DNA from: Antedon mediterranea
Taxonomy: Eukaryota > Animalia > Echinodermata
Length of the DNA: 64,000 bases
Direction of reading: 5' to 3'
NCBI RefSeq assembly: GCF_964355755.1
Contig: NC_092674.1
Span: 12,276,001 to 12,340,000 of the forward strand
Shown in pieces: positions 13,701 to 27,520 of this stretch; positions within the stretch are counted from its first letter, which is position 1; every line of letters begins with the position of its first letter. A program made the translations under genes and the position numbers. Below the pieces are notes generated by a model. It searched no databases. It was not told the DNA's origin and was given only the letters and a program-made list of their open reading frames with translations.

Positions 13701-16700
13701 TCTCTCAGTCTGCCAGAGTTTGGTATTCGGAAAATGTTAAAAACCAATTTCTATTATTTGAATCGGTAAACAGTTTCCATTTATTATACATTGATAATGA
13801 AACATGAAATATTCCTATTTATGTCCCTCGAGGTTCATTACAATTTATATTTAGTAGTCCCACGGACTTCATCTTAGCCACTCCCCCGAGTGCTAAGGCC
13901 AAATTTATGATACCCTACTTTCTATGTAAGTTTAGTTACAGTTAGTTCTTGACGATAATACAACGAATTTAGGTTACACCCTTCGGCCGCGAAAACGTTT
14001 CTGTACAAATCTGATACCGATTGGCTTTATTTCATTCAACAGCGACCATAATCTCGCCAATTACAGGATAGATAAACTATTTTATTATTGATGTGCTTAT
14101 AAATTAAGACTCATGTAAACAGCTTGATTACATCATTTTACAGACAAACGAAACTTTTTTAAACCTACTGTTTCAATAACTGAGTATAATACTGTATACG
14201 TTTTCATAAGTAAGCGCATATACATTTTCGTGTTTTCATTGACGAGATTGTAATAGTAACTTCAGTAACTATTACAGTACTTATTTATTATACGACACAA
14301 GACAATTGTATCTGACAGGTACGTACATTATTCTAAAAAATAAGTCTAGATAGATCCCTTAGGCGTCATAAATCACAGGCCAACAAATCAGTACTCATGA
14401 CAGAAATTCGACCCAGTTTGGTTCACACAAATGTTTACGGGAATTTCAACACCACAACCGATGATTTGCCCTAAATATTTCGGTAGACTACAGTTTAATT
14501 TTTCACTGAATAGGAGCTTGAATTTCCGATTTCCATTTCGCAGAATGTCTAGGTCTATTTATTTAGTTTGGTTCTTATAATATATAAATACAATCAACTT
14601 TATTACTGCGGTTCCATCACCACCACCACGTGCCGCCCAATTCCCGTACATACATTTCCATTTCTCCCTAATTTCTTTAATCCACATAAATTAATTGTCC
14701 AGAATCCAGTATTGGTTTTGTTGTCTCTATTTCTGAATACCCCAATTAGGGGGACACTTCCGTTTTTGTTTAGTGTCCCAAAAAAGTCCCCGTCCGTGGA
14801 TTCTACTGTATTCGAGAACCATCTGTGAGCACCCCTAGATGGTACGCGAGCGAAGCGAGCGTGCCATCTAGTTATTATTAATTATTATAAAAATGGTTTT
14901 GAGCATCTTGTGTATAATATACAGTATGCTGTGCTATATAACATGGACTTGATAGAAATAATTTATGACTAAGCTCTGTCTACACTATCACACTTTCTGT
15001 GCCTAAATTGACGTGCCGATGGACACGATGACATCATATCAATACCCTTTTTTTTGTCAAAAACTAGTGAGATACTGTAGACAGAGCTTATAGATATTTA
15101 TTAACTTTGATAGGTCCATCAAAAGGAACATGCATTTGTGGTCAGTGTGAATGCAAGCCAGGCTATAGTGGTCCTGATTGCAGTTGTCCAACGAGCATTG
15201 AAAACTGCCTAGCATCTACTGGAAAAGAGTGCAATGACGCTGGACACTGTGAATGTGGTGTTTGCATGTGTAATGCAACACTGGTCTACGATGGCCCAAC
15301 TTGTGAGGATTGTGATGTAAGTTCATTTATGTTAAAATCTTTAGTGCATCCTCAAATTCAAATGTATGATGTCATCATCATCAGGATTGATCAAATGCCC
15401 TATTCATAGAAATATTAATAAATTATTATCCATTAGTTCAATTTTAATTATTTTCTTTTATACAAAGCTTCTGGTTTCTTGAGACTCCATTTCATCATTT
15501 TAACATTGTACAGTACCATAATAATTTATACTGTACCATAATTTTTCCAATGATTTTTCTGATGATGAATAAATGTATATTGTATAATATACTTCTATTT
15601 TCTATGTAAAACTGTCTTAAGTTTAAGTCATGTGACACCCATCACCGAATCGTTCCACCTATTTTGTACTTACTGTACGACAGAACCCCAATTGAACATA
15701 ATCATATTTATTGATGTTTGTAGACATGTCCAGCTAAATGTGATCGTAATCGTGACTGTGTGCAATGTCTAGCTTACGGTACAGGTATATCTGAGGAAAA
15801 ATGCCAAGAGTGTCCTCAAAGAATTATACTTGTTGAGGAAGAAGAATTAATAGGTAAGAATTGTGGAAACATTTTAATTGAAAAGTAATAAACTCATTTA
15901 TTTTATTTTATTTGTCTTCAAGATTCTGTAAACCTTCTTGTTTCATTTCTTTTATTGTATTCATCCGATAAAAAAACTTTAAAAAGGATAAAACACATAT
16001 TAAATTACATTAGTACAATCCAATGTATTGAGTTGCCATGTTGTAATTGGTGGTTCACAATGTTGATAAACTATGAAGTATAGTAGGACAAGCATATGAC
16101 AATTTAGGAAATGTTTCTGGTTTGTTCAGGAAAGAGTGCCTTATGCATATGTTGCTTTCACGACACATGCATTGCGTACTACACTTCCTGTCAAAGAAAA
16201 ATGAACAAGTATTTTAACGAAACTTTTCTCTGAAAACTACGCTGAACAGAAATGAAAGCTCTTTATTAGCTCTCTGTTCATGATGTTATAAGAACTGTAT
16301 AATCTATACTGAGTTTTAGCAGGTACTGTATAATTTATGCCATTGTAAAATATTATTATAAGGATTTTCTTAAGCACTTAAAGGAAATCTTCTGTGATCT
16401 AATAGTTTTATATACTAGCTGTTTATTATCTTGAATTATTAAAGATTTGTAAAAAATAAAGATTATTTATAAGGAAAGAAGAAGGTTTAATTGGTAAGAA
16501 GTCGAAAAGTTGAAAAGTAATAAACTTATTTATTATATTTATTTTTTATTTAATTTCATTTATATATTCATCCGTTGATTAAATTGATTAAAAAATGGTC
16601 CTCATCATCTGTTTTCCATGGGGTTGTGTATTGCTGATCTAGCGAAATTATAGGGCTAGCCCTGTTTGTGTTAATCAAGAGCTTTCAGCACTTGCATATT

Positions 16701-19700
16701 GATGTTTCAGTTCATAAATTCCTTTCTGGGAGATTGGTTGTTCGAATAGTTTTTACTTTTTGCGAACTGAAAAAAAAATCAGGAATTGATGGAAGTAATT
16801 CTCGGGTGGGACATAAACCCATGACTTTTGGCAGTAATGACTGAAACATTATTTGCCAAAACATTTTATTTACAAGTTTCAAAATATAAATAAATAAAAA
16901 GTACTGCTCTATCCACTGTTGAAATATATCCCCTATGAAGAAAACTATGCATTGCTTTCTATAAAAACCTTGTATCTGCACATAGTTTTACAGGTGGATG
17001 CTTTATATTTTGTGCTAGGTAGGTGTGTAATGAATTGGAGAATGCCAGAGATTTCAGTAAAATATAAAACTTAACTAGATTTGAACTCGTCACTACGGAC
17101 GAGTTAGGTTATCCGCAGCGCAAAAGCCACGTGCACGTCATACGTTAGAATATTGCACTCAGAAAAAACAATTATGCCCTTGAAAAAATGTTAGTGCGCT
17201 CTCTATTTTGCGTCACGTCTAAGTATATACAGTATACACTATACTGTATACGTACTATACATACAGTGAAGAATAGGTGAAAATAAGTGACAAAAGTTTT
17301 TAACGCTTTTGAACATGATGACGTCATCACAATTTTTAAAATGGTGAATCATGCTAAAGATAATTGATTGACCTAGACAATATAAAAAAAATGGGAGAAA
17401 ATGATACGGATTAAGTGGAGATGCGCTCTATGTAATGTTGTGAGCTATGACGAAAGAGACAAAAATTCTATATTTTATATTCCAGTGGCCATACGATGAC
17501 GGCACAATGTCCAGTTAGCCATATTCATGCATGATTCGATATCTACAACTCATCAACTTCCAGAATATCTAATTTAAAAAAAGTTCACCACGTAGTTTAC
17601 AATCTATGACTGTTTTAAAAAAGGAATAATTTTGACGAATTTTTGAACTTTTTCATCAAAAACGCGCGCAAATTGTCAAATTGTACGTGCTCGTATGACG
17701 TGATTTTAAGTCAAATTTGTTTGAAAGTTGGTAAAATTACTAGAGAAAGCTGAAAAAACAAAAATCAAGCAAAAAAAGGATGTTTTTGACCTACGTGCGC
17801 ACGCGCGCGTAAAAAAATTGCGCATGCCTGGGAATTTTTGAAATGCTCAGAATGACATGAAACGCGTAGAAAATTGATTAGAAGTTGATTTTTCGCATTT
17901 TGAAATTTTAAACGCGCGTGCACGCGTAACTTTCTGTGCATCCTGCCATTTTTAATCCATAGAAAGTTTGCGCATGATACGACTTAAATTTTCCCCAAGT
18001 TTCAATACAAAATGACAATTAGTTTTTAATCTATGAACAATCATTGAAATTCATAAAATCGCGCGTAACTTACGCTGCGCGACTCGAAAATCAAAAATCA
18101 AAGTTTCTTGCACATCTACAGATATAGGTCAATCTTATGACAAAGTTTTACAATCTTATGTTAGCCAGAATTAGAGATATGCGTGCAACAAAATTCGTGG
18201 AAAGAAAGAAGAAAATAGAAAAAAAACTAGATTTGAACTCGTCACTTTGACGAGTTCGGGTTATCCGCGCAAACGCAACATGCACATACTTAACCATATG
18301 AACCTCGAAAATTATTATGCCATCCTATGACATGAAATAAATATGTTTACAGTGCTGAATTGTACCTATTATGTAGCATATATCATATTACAGTATTTTA
18401 CAGAATAAACTGTATATGTTATATACAGTGTAGCATAGACAAAATTACGAGACCCATCTTTTAAATCCAATTATTAACACGATGACGTCATCAAATTGAC
18501 ATATAAAGATAACAATTTTAGAAGATAATTATCTAAATAAGTACATTAAAACAAATTTGAAGAATTTTGGGCGCGTAAAAGTGAGATGCGCTCTATTTAA
18601 TGTGATGAGCAATAACGAAAGAGTAAAAAACCCTATATTTTACATTCGTGTGGCCATACGATGACATTATAACATCCTAGGGGTAAAGATTCTGCCTGAA
18701 TTCATATCTACAACATATCTACTTACATATAAAATTAAAAAAATTGGGGGTCGTGGATGATCCTGAGGAGCTAAAATAGATTCAAAATTGGCTTTATTTT
18801 GACAATATTTATAACTTTTTCAACTAAAACGCGCGCAAATGGTTTAAATCAACGTGTTCGTATGACGTCATTTTAATTTCAAATAATGTCAATCTTTTTT
18901 AAAATGACTAGGAAAGGTTGGAAAATCATAATTCAAGAGAAAAAAACATGATTTTCATGCTCCGTGCGCACCATACGCGTAAATTTGTTCGCGCGCGCGG
19001 GAATTTTTGACATGCTCAAAATGTCATGATCAGCGTAGAAAGTTGATTAGAAATTGATTTTGGCGCATTTTGAAACTTTAAATGCACGTGCGCGCGTAAC
19101 TTCTTGTGAAACATGCCATTTTTAATCCATAGAAAGTTTGCCCTTGATATGACTTCAATTTTCACCAAGTTTCAATACAAAATGACTTTTGGTTTATAAT
19201 CTATGACCAATCATTGAAATTCATAAAATCGCACGTAACATACGCTACGCGACTCTAACGTCATATAACAAAGTTTCCTGCACATCTACAGCTACAGGTC
19301 AATCTTATGACAAAGTTATACAATCTTATGTTGACATGGATGACCAACTGACGGATAACCAACTAGATTTGAACTCGTCACTACGGACGAGTTAGGTTAT
19401 CCGCAGCGCAAACGCCACGCGCACGTCATACGTTAGAAGATTGCGCACAGAAAAATGATTATGCCATTGAAAAAATGTTAGTGTGCCCTCTATTTTGTGT
19501 CACGTCTAAGTATATACAAAATAACACTATACATACGTACTACATACAGTTCAGAATAGATGAAAATAAGTGACCAAAGTAATTGACGCTTTTGGACCTG
19601 ATGACGTCATCACAATTTTACAAATGGCAAATCATTTGAAAGATAATTGATGGACCTAGACAATATAAAGAAATGGGGGAAATTGAAGACGGATAAGTAG

Positions 19701-22700
19701 AGATGCGCTCTATTAAATTTGACGAGCTATGACGAAAGAGAAAAAAATCCTATATTTTATATTCGGGTGGCCATACGATGACGTCACAATGTCCGGTTAG
19801 CCATATCAATGCATGATTCGAGAAAAAAAATCATCTACTTCCAGAATATGTAATTATAAAAAAGTTCACCACGTAGTTTAGAATCTATGACTGTTTAAAA
19901 AAAGGCATAATTTTGACAAATTTTTGAACTTTTTCATCAAAAATGCGTGTAAATTGTTTAATTCTACGTGCTCGTATGACATGATTTTAAGTCGAAATTG
20001 TTTGAAAGTTGGTAAATTCTCTAAAAAAGACAGGAAAAACAAAAATCAAGGAAAAAAATGTTTTTGAGCTACGTGTGCACGTGCGCGTAAAAAAATTGCG
20101 CACGTGTGGGAATTTTTGAAATGCTCAAAATGACATGAGCATTAGATTAGATATTGATTTTTCGCATTTTGAAATTTTAAACACGCGTGCGCGCGTAACG
20201 TTTTATGAAACTTGCCATTTTTAATCCATAGAAAGTTTGCGGATTATATGACTTAAATCTTCACCAAGTTTCGATACAAAACGACTTTTAGTTTTTATTC
20301 TATGATCAGTCATTGAAATTCACAAAATCGCGCGTAACTTACGCTGCGCAACTCGAAATTTGAAAAAAAAAGTTTTTTGCACATCTACAACTACAGGGCA
20401 ATCTTTTGACAAAGTTATACAATCATTTGTTAGCCAGAATTAGAGATACGCTTGCAACAAAATTCATGGAAAGAAAGAAGAATATCGAAAAAAAAAAAAA
20501 AAAAAAAAAAAAGATCCTGACAATAACAAGAGGTTATCCGCCAAGTGCGGATAACCAAAAAAAAGAAAAAAAAAAAAGATCCTGACAATAACAAAGGGTT
20601 ATCCGCCAAGTGCGGATAACCAATAACCAATGTGCGGATAACCAATAATAAATATATAATACATTTCTGGTTTTAGATAAGTATTTTGATAAAATGCCAC
20701 ACAGATTCCAGTAATAATAATAATAATAATAAAATTCTGGTTTTTATTATTTGGAATTATTTCACAATTTTTAAGACATATAATACAAGGGTTAGCCATG
20801 ATTTTGTAATAAATTTCTAGGAATCACTCTGATGTTGGTATGGAAACCAAGGAATTCACTCTGATATTGGTATAAAAACAAAGAATTCACTTTGATGTTG
20901 GTACGAAAACCGCATATTGTACAGTACAGTACAAATCAAAACTTTGTATGAGCCACTAAATATATGTGTTCCGACAAAAAACACAACATTTTCTGCTTTC
21001 TGATTGGCTGTTGTTCTGACAACATATTGGGTTAAAAAATATGGTATATATTAACAATATTTTATTGATGTTAATATAATAATCTGATGGCAATTGGATT
21101 CAATTTAGAAATGATAATACTAATATTGCTGGTACAATCAATGAAACATATGTAGATTACATTAACATCATAAAAAATAACTATTTGAAGCAAAGTATCC
21201 TTAAAAACGTATGGTGTACGTTATTGTCAACGCAATGGATTATACAAACTGTCAATTATGATTGGTCAACTCACTAGCGTTTGTAGCGATTTCTTTTTTT
21301 TAAATCATTTTTTTCTGATTTTAATTATTTTTTAAATTATTTTATTTATTTATAAATGTTGTTTTTAAGTGTTATATTTTTATGTTGTCTTGTCAAATTA
21401 TTTTGTACTAAGGGTCCCTATTATGATCAGCTTTATCTGGATGTACTATCCTTGTTAAATATTGTTGAAATAAAATAAATATGAGGACCACACCTTTTGG
21501 TTAAAAAAACATTTTTTGGATATTGCCACTTAACTTTATTTTATATGGAACGTACATAACCATGACTTTATGTTTGTTTAATGAAACGCATCATCATTGT
21601 ACTCTACAATTGTCTTAACCTTTTATTGAAATATCTGGTATCTTTATAGATAGAAAGTAGTTCACTACAGTTAAAATTATAAAAGTATATAAATATAAAA
21701 TAATAGTATGGAGGTTATGAATTTATTTATGCCAAATTGGTTGGCTTTTTTCACAGTAAATGGAACTGATCCTTGTACATACAAAGATGAACTTGGTTGT
21801 CTCTTCTCTTTTAACTTTGTTATGAATGGAACAATGGAGGTGATTCTGGTACAGAAAATAACATGTAAGTAATGTAAAAAGAAAACCCAAGCAAAATGAA
21901 ACCCAATACATTGTCTAAAGCTCTGTCTACACTATCAAACTTTATGTGACAAAAACATGTTATGTGCCCATATATGGTGATGAAAACTACCGTAATGGGT
22001 ACATTACACTTTTTTGTCAAACTATTTTGATAGTGTAGACATAGAGCTATATATCGAGATCTCTGTGCACTTCACACACGCGCACACACACCTTCATATA
22101 TACAGTATACATCCCCTCATTTGACAGGGACAATTTGATGGACATCAGCAGGCATACTGAACTTTTTTCACAAACAATTACGAAAGAGTACCTGTATTCA
22201 TTGTATATTAAACATCTTTTATTTTTCAATTTGAAACATGCACTTCATTATTATACTAGACTTGTTTGTACAAAGTATGTGAAATGCATGATAGAGTTAG
22301 AGTGAAAAAAAATGATTGTAATGGCTTTTTTGTAGGAAATATTTGCAGAAAAATAAATGTCAGTCAAGTGCTGCAAACACGGCTTGTCTTGATTCATGTT
22401 AATAATTTATATGAATATTTATCAACATGTCGTACTTTATTTTCAGCTTGCCCAGAAGGAATAGATGCCTTATGGCTGGCTATTGGCATCATTATTGGTA
22501 TATTACTAGTTGGTCTAGCCCTTCTGCTGGCCTGGAAGATAGCTACATATATATATGACAAACGAGAATATGCTAAATTTTTGAAAGAGTTAGAAAATGC
22601 ACGAACAGATGCAGTAAGGAATGATTATTTTGTTTATCTTGTAGTTAATGTTTATTTATTTATTATTTATGGTTCTCTTTAAAGACCAGACCATTTTTAT

Positions 22701-23108
22701 GTAGAGTCACCACTACATAGCATCCAAGTTCACTGTAGCTGACGTTCCAAGAAAACATTATTTATTTTAAACATTTCTATTTGCATTTGAACTCTCTATC
22801 TATCTCTATATCTATTTCTAGTATGATTATGATGTATCGTAGTATTGTAATTGAAAATGTTAAATCTAACAGTACTAGTAAATACCTTAAACTTAAAGTA
22901 TAAGTATATATTTATGTCAATTTATGTGATTAACATGCATTGCAGTGGAACATTAGCATTGAAAATACTAATTGAAATGTAATATGTTTATGAAAAATTA
23001 AACCAAGAAAATATTACCTAGACATACTTACTTGCTTTTTTTCAGAATATAAATCCCCTTTTTATATCTTCTACGACAACCTACAAGAATCCAACATATG
23101 GTAAATAG
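4743..23108 (+). CDS. ITGB: Integrin beta subunit, 5'-truncated (betaI domain C-half, hybrid, I-EGF repeats, beta-tail, TM, cytoplasmic tail); 15 exons, ~598 aa in window
   Basis: Exons traced with AG/GT and consistent phase: 4743-4839, 5234-5320, 5817-5900, 6288-6365, 8066-8173, 8571-8663, 9394-9578, 10558-10794, 11088-11160, 11742-11826, 15114-15316, 15724-15853, 21757-21864, 22447-22613, 23046-23108 (TAG). Diagnostic peptides: NPC..C..PYGFRNV, LDRPEGGLDALMQ, IGWRN, SDAGFHFALDGK, PNDGECHL, DFPSLGQL..LLERNVIPIFAV, CSNGNGSLVCGICEC, TM AIGIIIGILLVGLALLLAWK, DKREYAKF, NPLF...NPTY. The MIDAS exon was not found and is presumably upstream of the window. Paralog identity not determined. Confidence 0.96.
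5928..6257. repeat. 20-bp minisatellite (GGGTAGCTGGCTCATTTGAG)n, ~16 copies, in an integrin intron
   Basis: Directly visible register at 20-nt period. Confidence 0.97.
6428..7621 (-). mobile_element. Non-autonomous Helitron (family H1, copy 1)
   Basis: Minus strand: A|TCTATATATAAATTTACGTAAGGGC ... hairpin + CTAG|T; homologous to 12397-14871 and 54221-55376. Confidence 0.88.
10099..10350 (+). mobile_element. 5S rRNA + tRNA chimeric SINE head (truncated)
   Basis: 10099-10211 is 5S-like (TACGGCCATAC..CTCGTC..GAAGTTGAGCA..TGGATGGGAGACC..CGGGTGCTGTA); then tRNA-like A box TGGTGTAATGG and B-like GGGTTTGAG; ends TTCGGATGAG, resembling the Deu-domain start. Confidence 0.7.
12397..14871 (+). mobile_element. 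Non-autonomous Helitron (family H1, composite copy 2)
   Basis: A|TCTATATATAAATTTACG ... CTAGATGGTACGCGAGCGAAGCGAGCGTGCCATCTAG|T, no TSD; internal duplication (~13435-13720 repeats ~12675-12885). Confidence 0.9.
14970..15090. mobile_element. ~120-bp MITE, ending 24 nt upstream of integrin exon 15114
   Basis: TIR AAGCTCTGTCTACACTATC / GATACTGTAGACAGAGCTT; same family as 21916-22050. Confidence 0.75.
17075..20643 (-). mobile_element. Cluster of three ~1.15-kb Helentron/HINE-like elements, nested and tandem
   Basis: Units start at 17075, 18227 and 19363 with CTAGATTTGAACTCGTCAC..GACGAGTT (hairpin) then GGTTATCCGC; opposite ends GGTTATCCGCCAAGTGCGGATAACC end at 20556 and 20621, with a degenerate end at 19360. 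Confidence 0.85.
21916..22050. mobile_element. ~130-bp MITE, same family as 14970-15090
   Basis: AAAGCTCTGTCTACACTATCAAA ... TTTGATAGTGTAGACATAGAGCT. Confidence 0.75.
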
Positions 23109-24189
23109 AAGGTTTTATGCAAGATGTTGATACCTGTTGCCAAACAAGACCTCATTCAGAACCATCCAACAAGGCCTGATCAAATTGAAAACTGATACAC
23201 AGACTAAATGATATCAGAATAATAATTTATGGCAAAGTTCAGACTGTAACTGACAGATCACTCAAGCCTGTTATCAGAAAAAGAAATGCCCACCACAACT
23301 GACATCAGATCAAAGTACCATGAGATACTCTCCTCTGGGCCACACAGTAGGATATCAGATAAAAGTGGCTTGTCCAGATCCACAAGGCATGTCCAGATCC
23401 ACAAGGCATGTCCAGATCCAGATAAAGATCCCAGAAAAACATTCAAATGATATTAATTTTAATAATACCGGATGTCGTAGGCACACAACACAAAATATAC
23501 CACATAATTATATAAAATGGTCTGATACCAGAAACTAACAAACAGAGCATCTTGTCAAACAGAATTCACCACAGGTATCTGATAGAACATGACATTTCTG
23601 TAGTATAAATTGAGGTATTAATTATTTGGCTAGAGAGCTAACTCCATATTTAACAATAAATTGTTCTATTCATTACCCTAAAAAAATAAGTAATTTATAA
23701 AAACGGGACTGTACTTTTATGTATGTTTATATTTTAATATATATATATATATATATATTCTAACTCATGTATTCATAATATTGTAAGTTATTGTTTTATA
23801 TTATTAAATAATATTTTTGAACAGATACAGTGGATAATTTTTAAGCACCAACACTGTCCTCGTCAATTTGCTGTAACATAGTTAGCACTCTAGTCAATCT
23901 ATTACCTCCTCAACGGTACCTAGATCATGCTGAATTTGGTGCTAAGTTGCAATATGTGATAAAATTAGAGGTTGATATGACAAAAAAAAAATTAGGATTG
24001 AAGAATAATTTAGAGTAGCGTATAGTGGTGTGGCCATGTCTTCTGCCTTAAAAAAAGTGCTTTATTTTATTTAAGATAAATATTTTATATAAAACATGTG
24101 TAAATGCTGTTATTTGTTTGTAAAATTATAATAATATCTTTTCTTAGGATAGTATACAGTAGTGAGCCTATTAAAAGTAATACTGTAAT

Positions 24190-24480
24190 TGGTTACTCTA
24201 TAGTAAAGGAAAATATTAGATCCCGTCAATTAAAGTTCCTGGACCACGCGCTTCTAATGCCTGATGACGAACCATTCAAAGAGTACGCTCTGTATGTTCT
24301 TCAACATGGGAAAAGAAAACGAGGAAGTCAGAGAACCAACTTTCTGAGATACATCCAACAGCTTTTAGGGGATGAAGGAGGCATGATTACCTCTGATAAG
24401 CTGTCAGAGTTAGCCAAGAACCGTTGTGGTTGGAGAAAGCTTGTAGTCACCTGCTCCGCAGCCGACTGATGATTATGATA
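24190..24480 (+). mobile_element. 5'-truncated RTE-clade LINE 3' end
   Basis: IRSRQLKFLDHALLM..GKRKRGSQRTNFLRYI..LAKNRCGWRKLV..* followed by a TGA/TTA microsatellite tail. Confidence 0.75.
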
Positions 24481-27234
24481 GTAAACTTAAAAAACACAGT
24501 ACTGACTGTATAAATAAGAACTCCCAGCCAGTTTTTAAGGGAAACTCTATTCAGCTTGGTTCCCACTAGGACGCAGTACAAAGACGTAAGCCGCAACGCA
24601 AGCAAGCAAATAAGTCGAATGCATTGTGTCATATTGTGAACCAGACTTTAAGGGGACACTGGTGCCAAATGTGTCCCCATAATACAGTTTCCACTGTAAT
24701 ATTTATGCAGGTACATAAGAATGAAAATATCCTAAATATCTAGTTTTCTGATTTGATGATTATTCTCCAATTTATACATGGATATGTTTCAAAGGTTTAA
24801 CTGTTAAATTAATACATAAAACAGTAAAAAGAATATTTAAAATGTTTAAAGTATTGAAAATATCAAAAATCTTTTTAAAAGATGTTCATGTTTTCTGAAT
24901 AAATCTCTTATATTTATCCTTCCGATACGATATACACTTACTACTGTTTTTTTTTTACTTGTGCCATTTGGCAATGTATTCATTCACTATGTACAATCAC
25001 AGGTCAATACATAACATTTTTTCTGGTAAATTTGACTCAATTTACATTAGTGTCAAACCTGTACAAAGGGCATACAAAAGACAAACTGTTCCATACTGAC
25101 ACTATAAACATTAATAAGCAATACTGGTTGTAAAACAATATTGTAATATTACTACTTACTACTGTTTTAAGTTTGTTTTTATTATTACTTTGTTATTGTA
25201 TGTGTATATTATTATTACTTGTTTAAGACAGAAAAGACGTTTAATATATAATTTCAATATAAATTGTAATAACAAAATGAGATAACAACGTTTATGAACC
25301 ATCGTGGAACCACTTTCAAGATCAAACAATAATATACATAATATACCGTAAAACATCGAAAATAAGTCCATCTCGATATCAAGCCTATTAGGCTTCTTTT
25401 CACGATACTATGGGCTTCTTTTTCGAAATAGACTGTATTATAATGTCAAAGGAACAGAAGTTATGATCGTGTTATTATATGGTATGGATATATTAATGAC
25501 CTTGCAACCATTTTTAACCATGAACTCGTATATTTATTCTACAATGTATTGTTTTCCAAATGCTACTTTTATTTAATCTTGCATCTTCTTGTCTGCTTCC
25601 TTGACAAATATATAAAATTGGCAGAGAATGTTTTAAAAATCATATATGAAACGTCATTAATTTAATCTTTTTGCCATTAGATTTTGCATTAGAATTATTT
25701 AATTCAAGTTTAATGTCAATCTTTAAATAGACATTTTTGATGAAATAACCGTCTTAAAAAAACTGTTTACCGGTACATTATTGATTTTTGTTAGTATCAA
25801 TGTGGTAGTTATTAATAGTTCAAGGGTTTGAATTGTGTAAAAATTGAGTATTTAGTGAATTTAATATAAACCAAGTCTTATTGTAGGCCTATGTAAGAGC
25901 ACAAGCTCGTCCAGGGATGTCGGGTCGTTCGGTTCAAAATAATTATAATCCTAAGGTGCCCTTTTCAAGTTAGAAACCAGCAGCGAAAGTGGTAAATAGG
26001 CCTCATGACAATTATTTGGCAAATTCATTCATCTACTACTATACTAGGCCTACAGCTATATTTTCTTTTAAAAATCTTGGCTATGGACTAGGAACAGCGA
26101 AGAGTAAGACTCGTTCATCTTTTAAAATTACAGTACAAAGCTCCCGGCCCTTCAAAAAAAAACATCAACAATACCAAAATTGATATTGCTTTTTATTTAA
26201 TTGTGAATTACTATAAAATAGTGTATTTATGTAATTATTAAATAATATATACTAAACACGATCACATCTAACCCAATTCTGTGACAATAAAAAAAAAAGG
26301 TTTATCTGATTTTCCAACAGCATTTTTTATATAATCTTGTAATATATTTAGGCCTATAACTTAGTTTACACAATTTTATTTTTATTTATTTTTGTAAATA
26401 ATTGTATCTGATCATAATGTTATACTAGAAGAAAGAGATCGGCAATAATAAATAGCAATGTGTCGATTGGTCATGAAGGCACCAACTTCAATTTGTACAC
26501 CAGGTATAATATAGATCACGCGTTTATTTATTATGAGTGTTGATATTAACGTTACGTGTATTTTGCCATATACTTTTCATTAAATCAATTGACTTTAGTA
26601 CAACCTTTACGTAACGTTATATTTTAGAATTATGAATGCTGCTTTATTAGTAGTATGGCCTGTGTGGTATATTACGGCGTTGTATCGTCTTTAAAATCGA
26701 CAGCGTAGGACACTGCGATGTCTTGCAATGTCCAGCAGATGAAGTGGTGCGCGCTGCGAGTGCTGTCTTACAACCTTATGAATTTAGTGTATGTATATAA
26801 TGTTTGAAACATTAAATTAGTTAAATGTAATCCGTAAGTGCCTTGAAAAAAAAAGCTTGTAATATTTTGTATAGATATTTATAGTATTAACCGTACACAA
26901 ATGTTTTTATAATAGCTATATTATTATAGGATAATATCAAATAAAACACTTTATCACATCATTTTGCCCTTTGTGTTACGTCATTGAATATAGCCTATAT
27001 TCGTCTATTGATCCTTCTAATAATAATTATAAGTTGTCAAAATAAAGTACCGGCACAAACACTTCTTTTATTTTACGATATATAAATTTATATTATAACT
27101 TAACTTAACATACGAATGAACAGTAATCTTTTACTTGACCACCAGCAGATAAATATGGATACTGTAGGTAATAGGTCTTTACTGTATTCGTTTCTGCCAA
27201 AGATTTTTATTTTATAATATTGTCGCGTTTAGTC

Positions 27235-27520
27235 TGAACTACGCGCGATTTTATGAAATGTTATGATCATAAATTCGAAACCAGATATTTTCCAATACAG
27301 CACTGGTTTATAATATCAAAATAGTCAACTTTTTACAGAGCTTTACCATTTAAAATGCACACAATAAATGTCCTAAAACGTTGCCGGCTATTTTGAGCAT
27401 TTCAAATTATCATGTCATTGTCCGTCTTGTTAGCGTCACGCTCGTATTATGCACGGCGTACAAAACATACTTAACGAGGCCATTTTTTATGAACTAAAAC
27501 GAAACACGACATGCAATTTA
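27235..27520 (+). mobile_element. Old degenerate fragment of the 17075-20643 family, in opposite orientation
   Basis: tacgcgcgattttatgaaat and ttttgagcatttcaaa are reverse complements of motifs in the HINE units. Confidence 0.55.

Noticed and set aside
23109-23540. Coding-looking sequence after the integrin stop (readthrough or alternative tail), with a 19-bp repeat near 23370-23420
   Set aside because: Stops in all frames within short distances and no convincing acceptor or homology; treated as 3' UTR.
24104-24469. 121-aa ORF as a host gene
   Set aside because: Matches the C-terminus of an RTE-type LINE ORF2 with a microsatellite tail.
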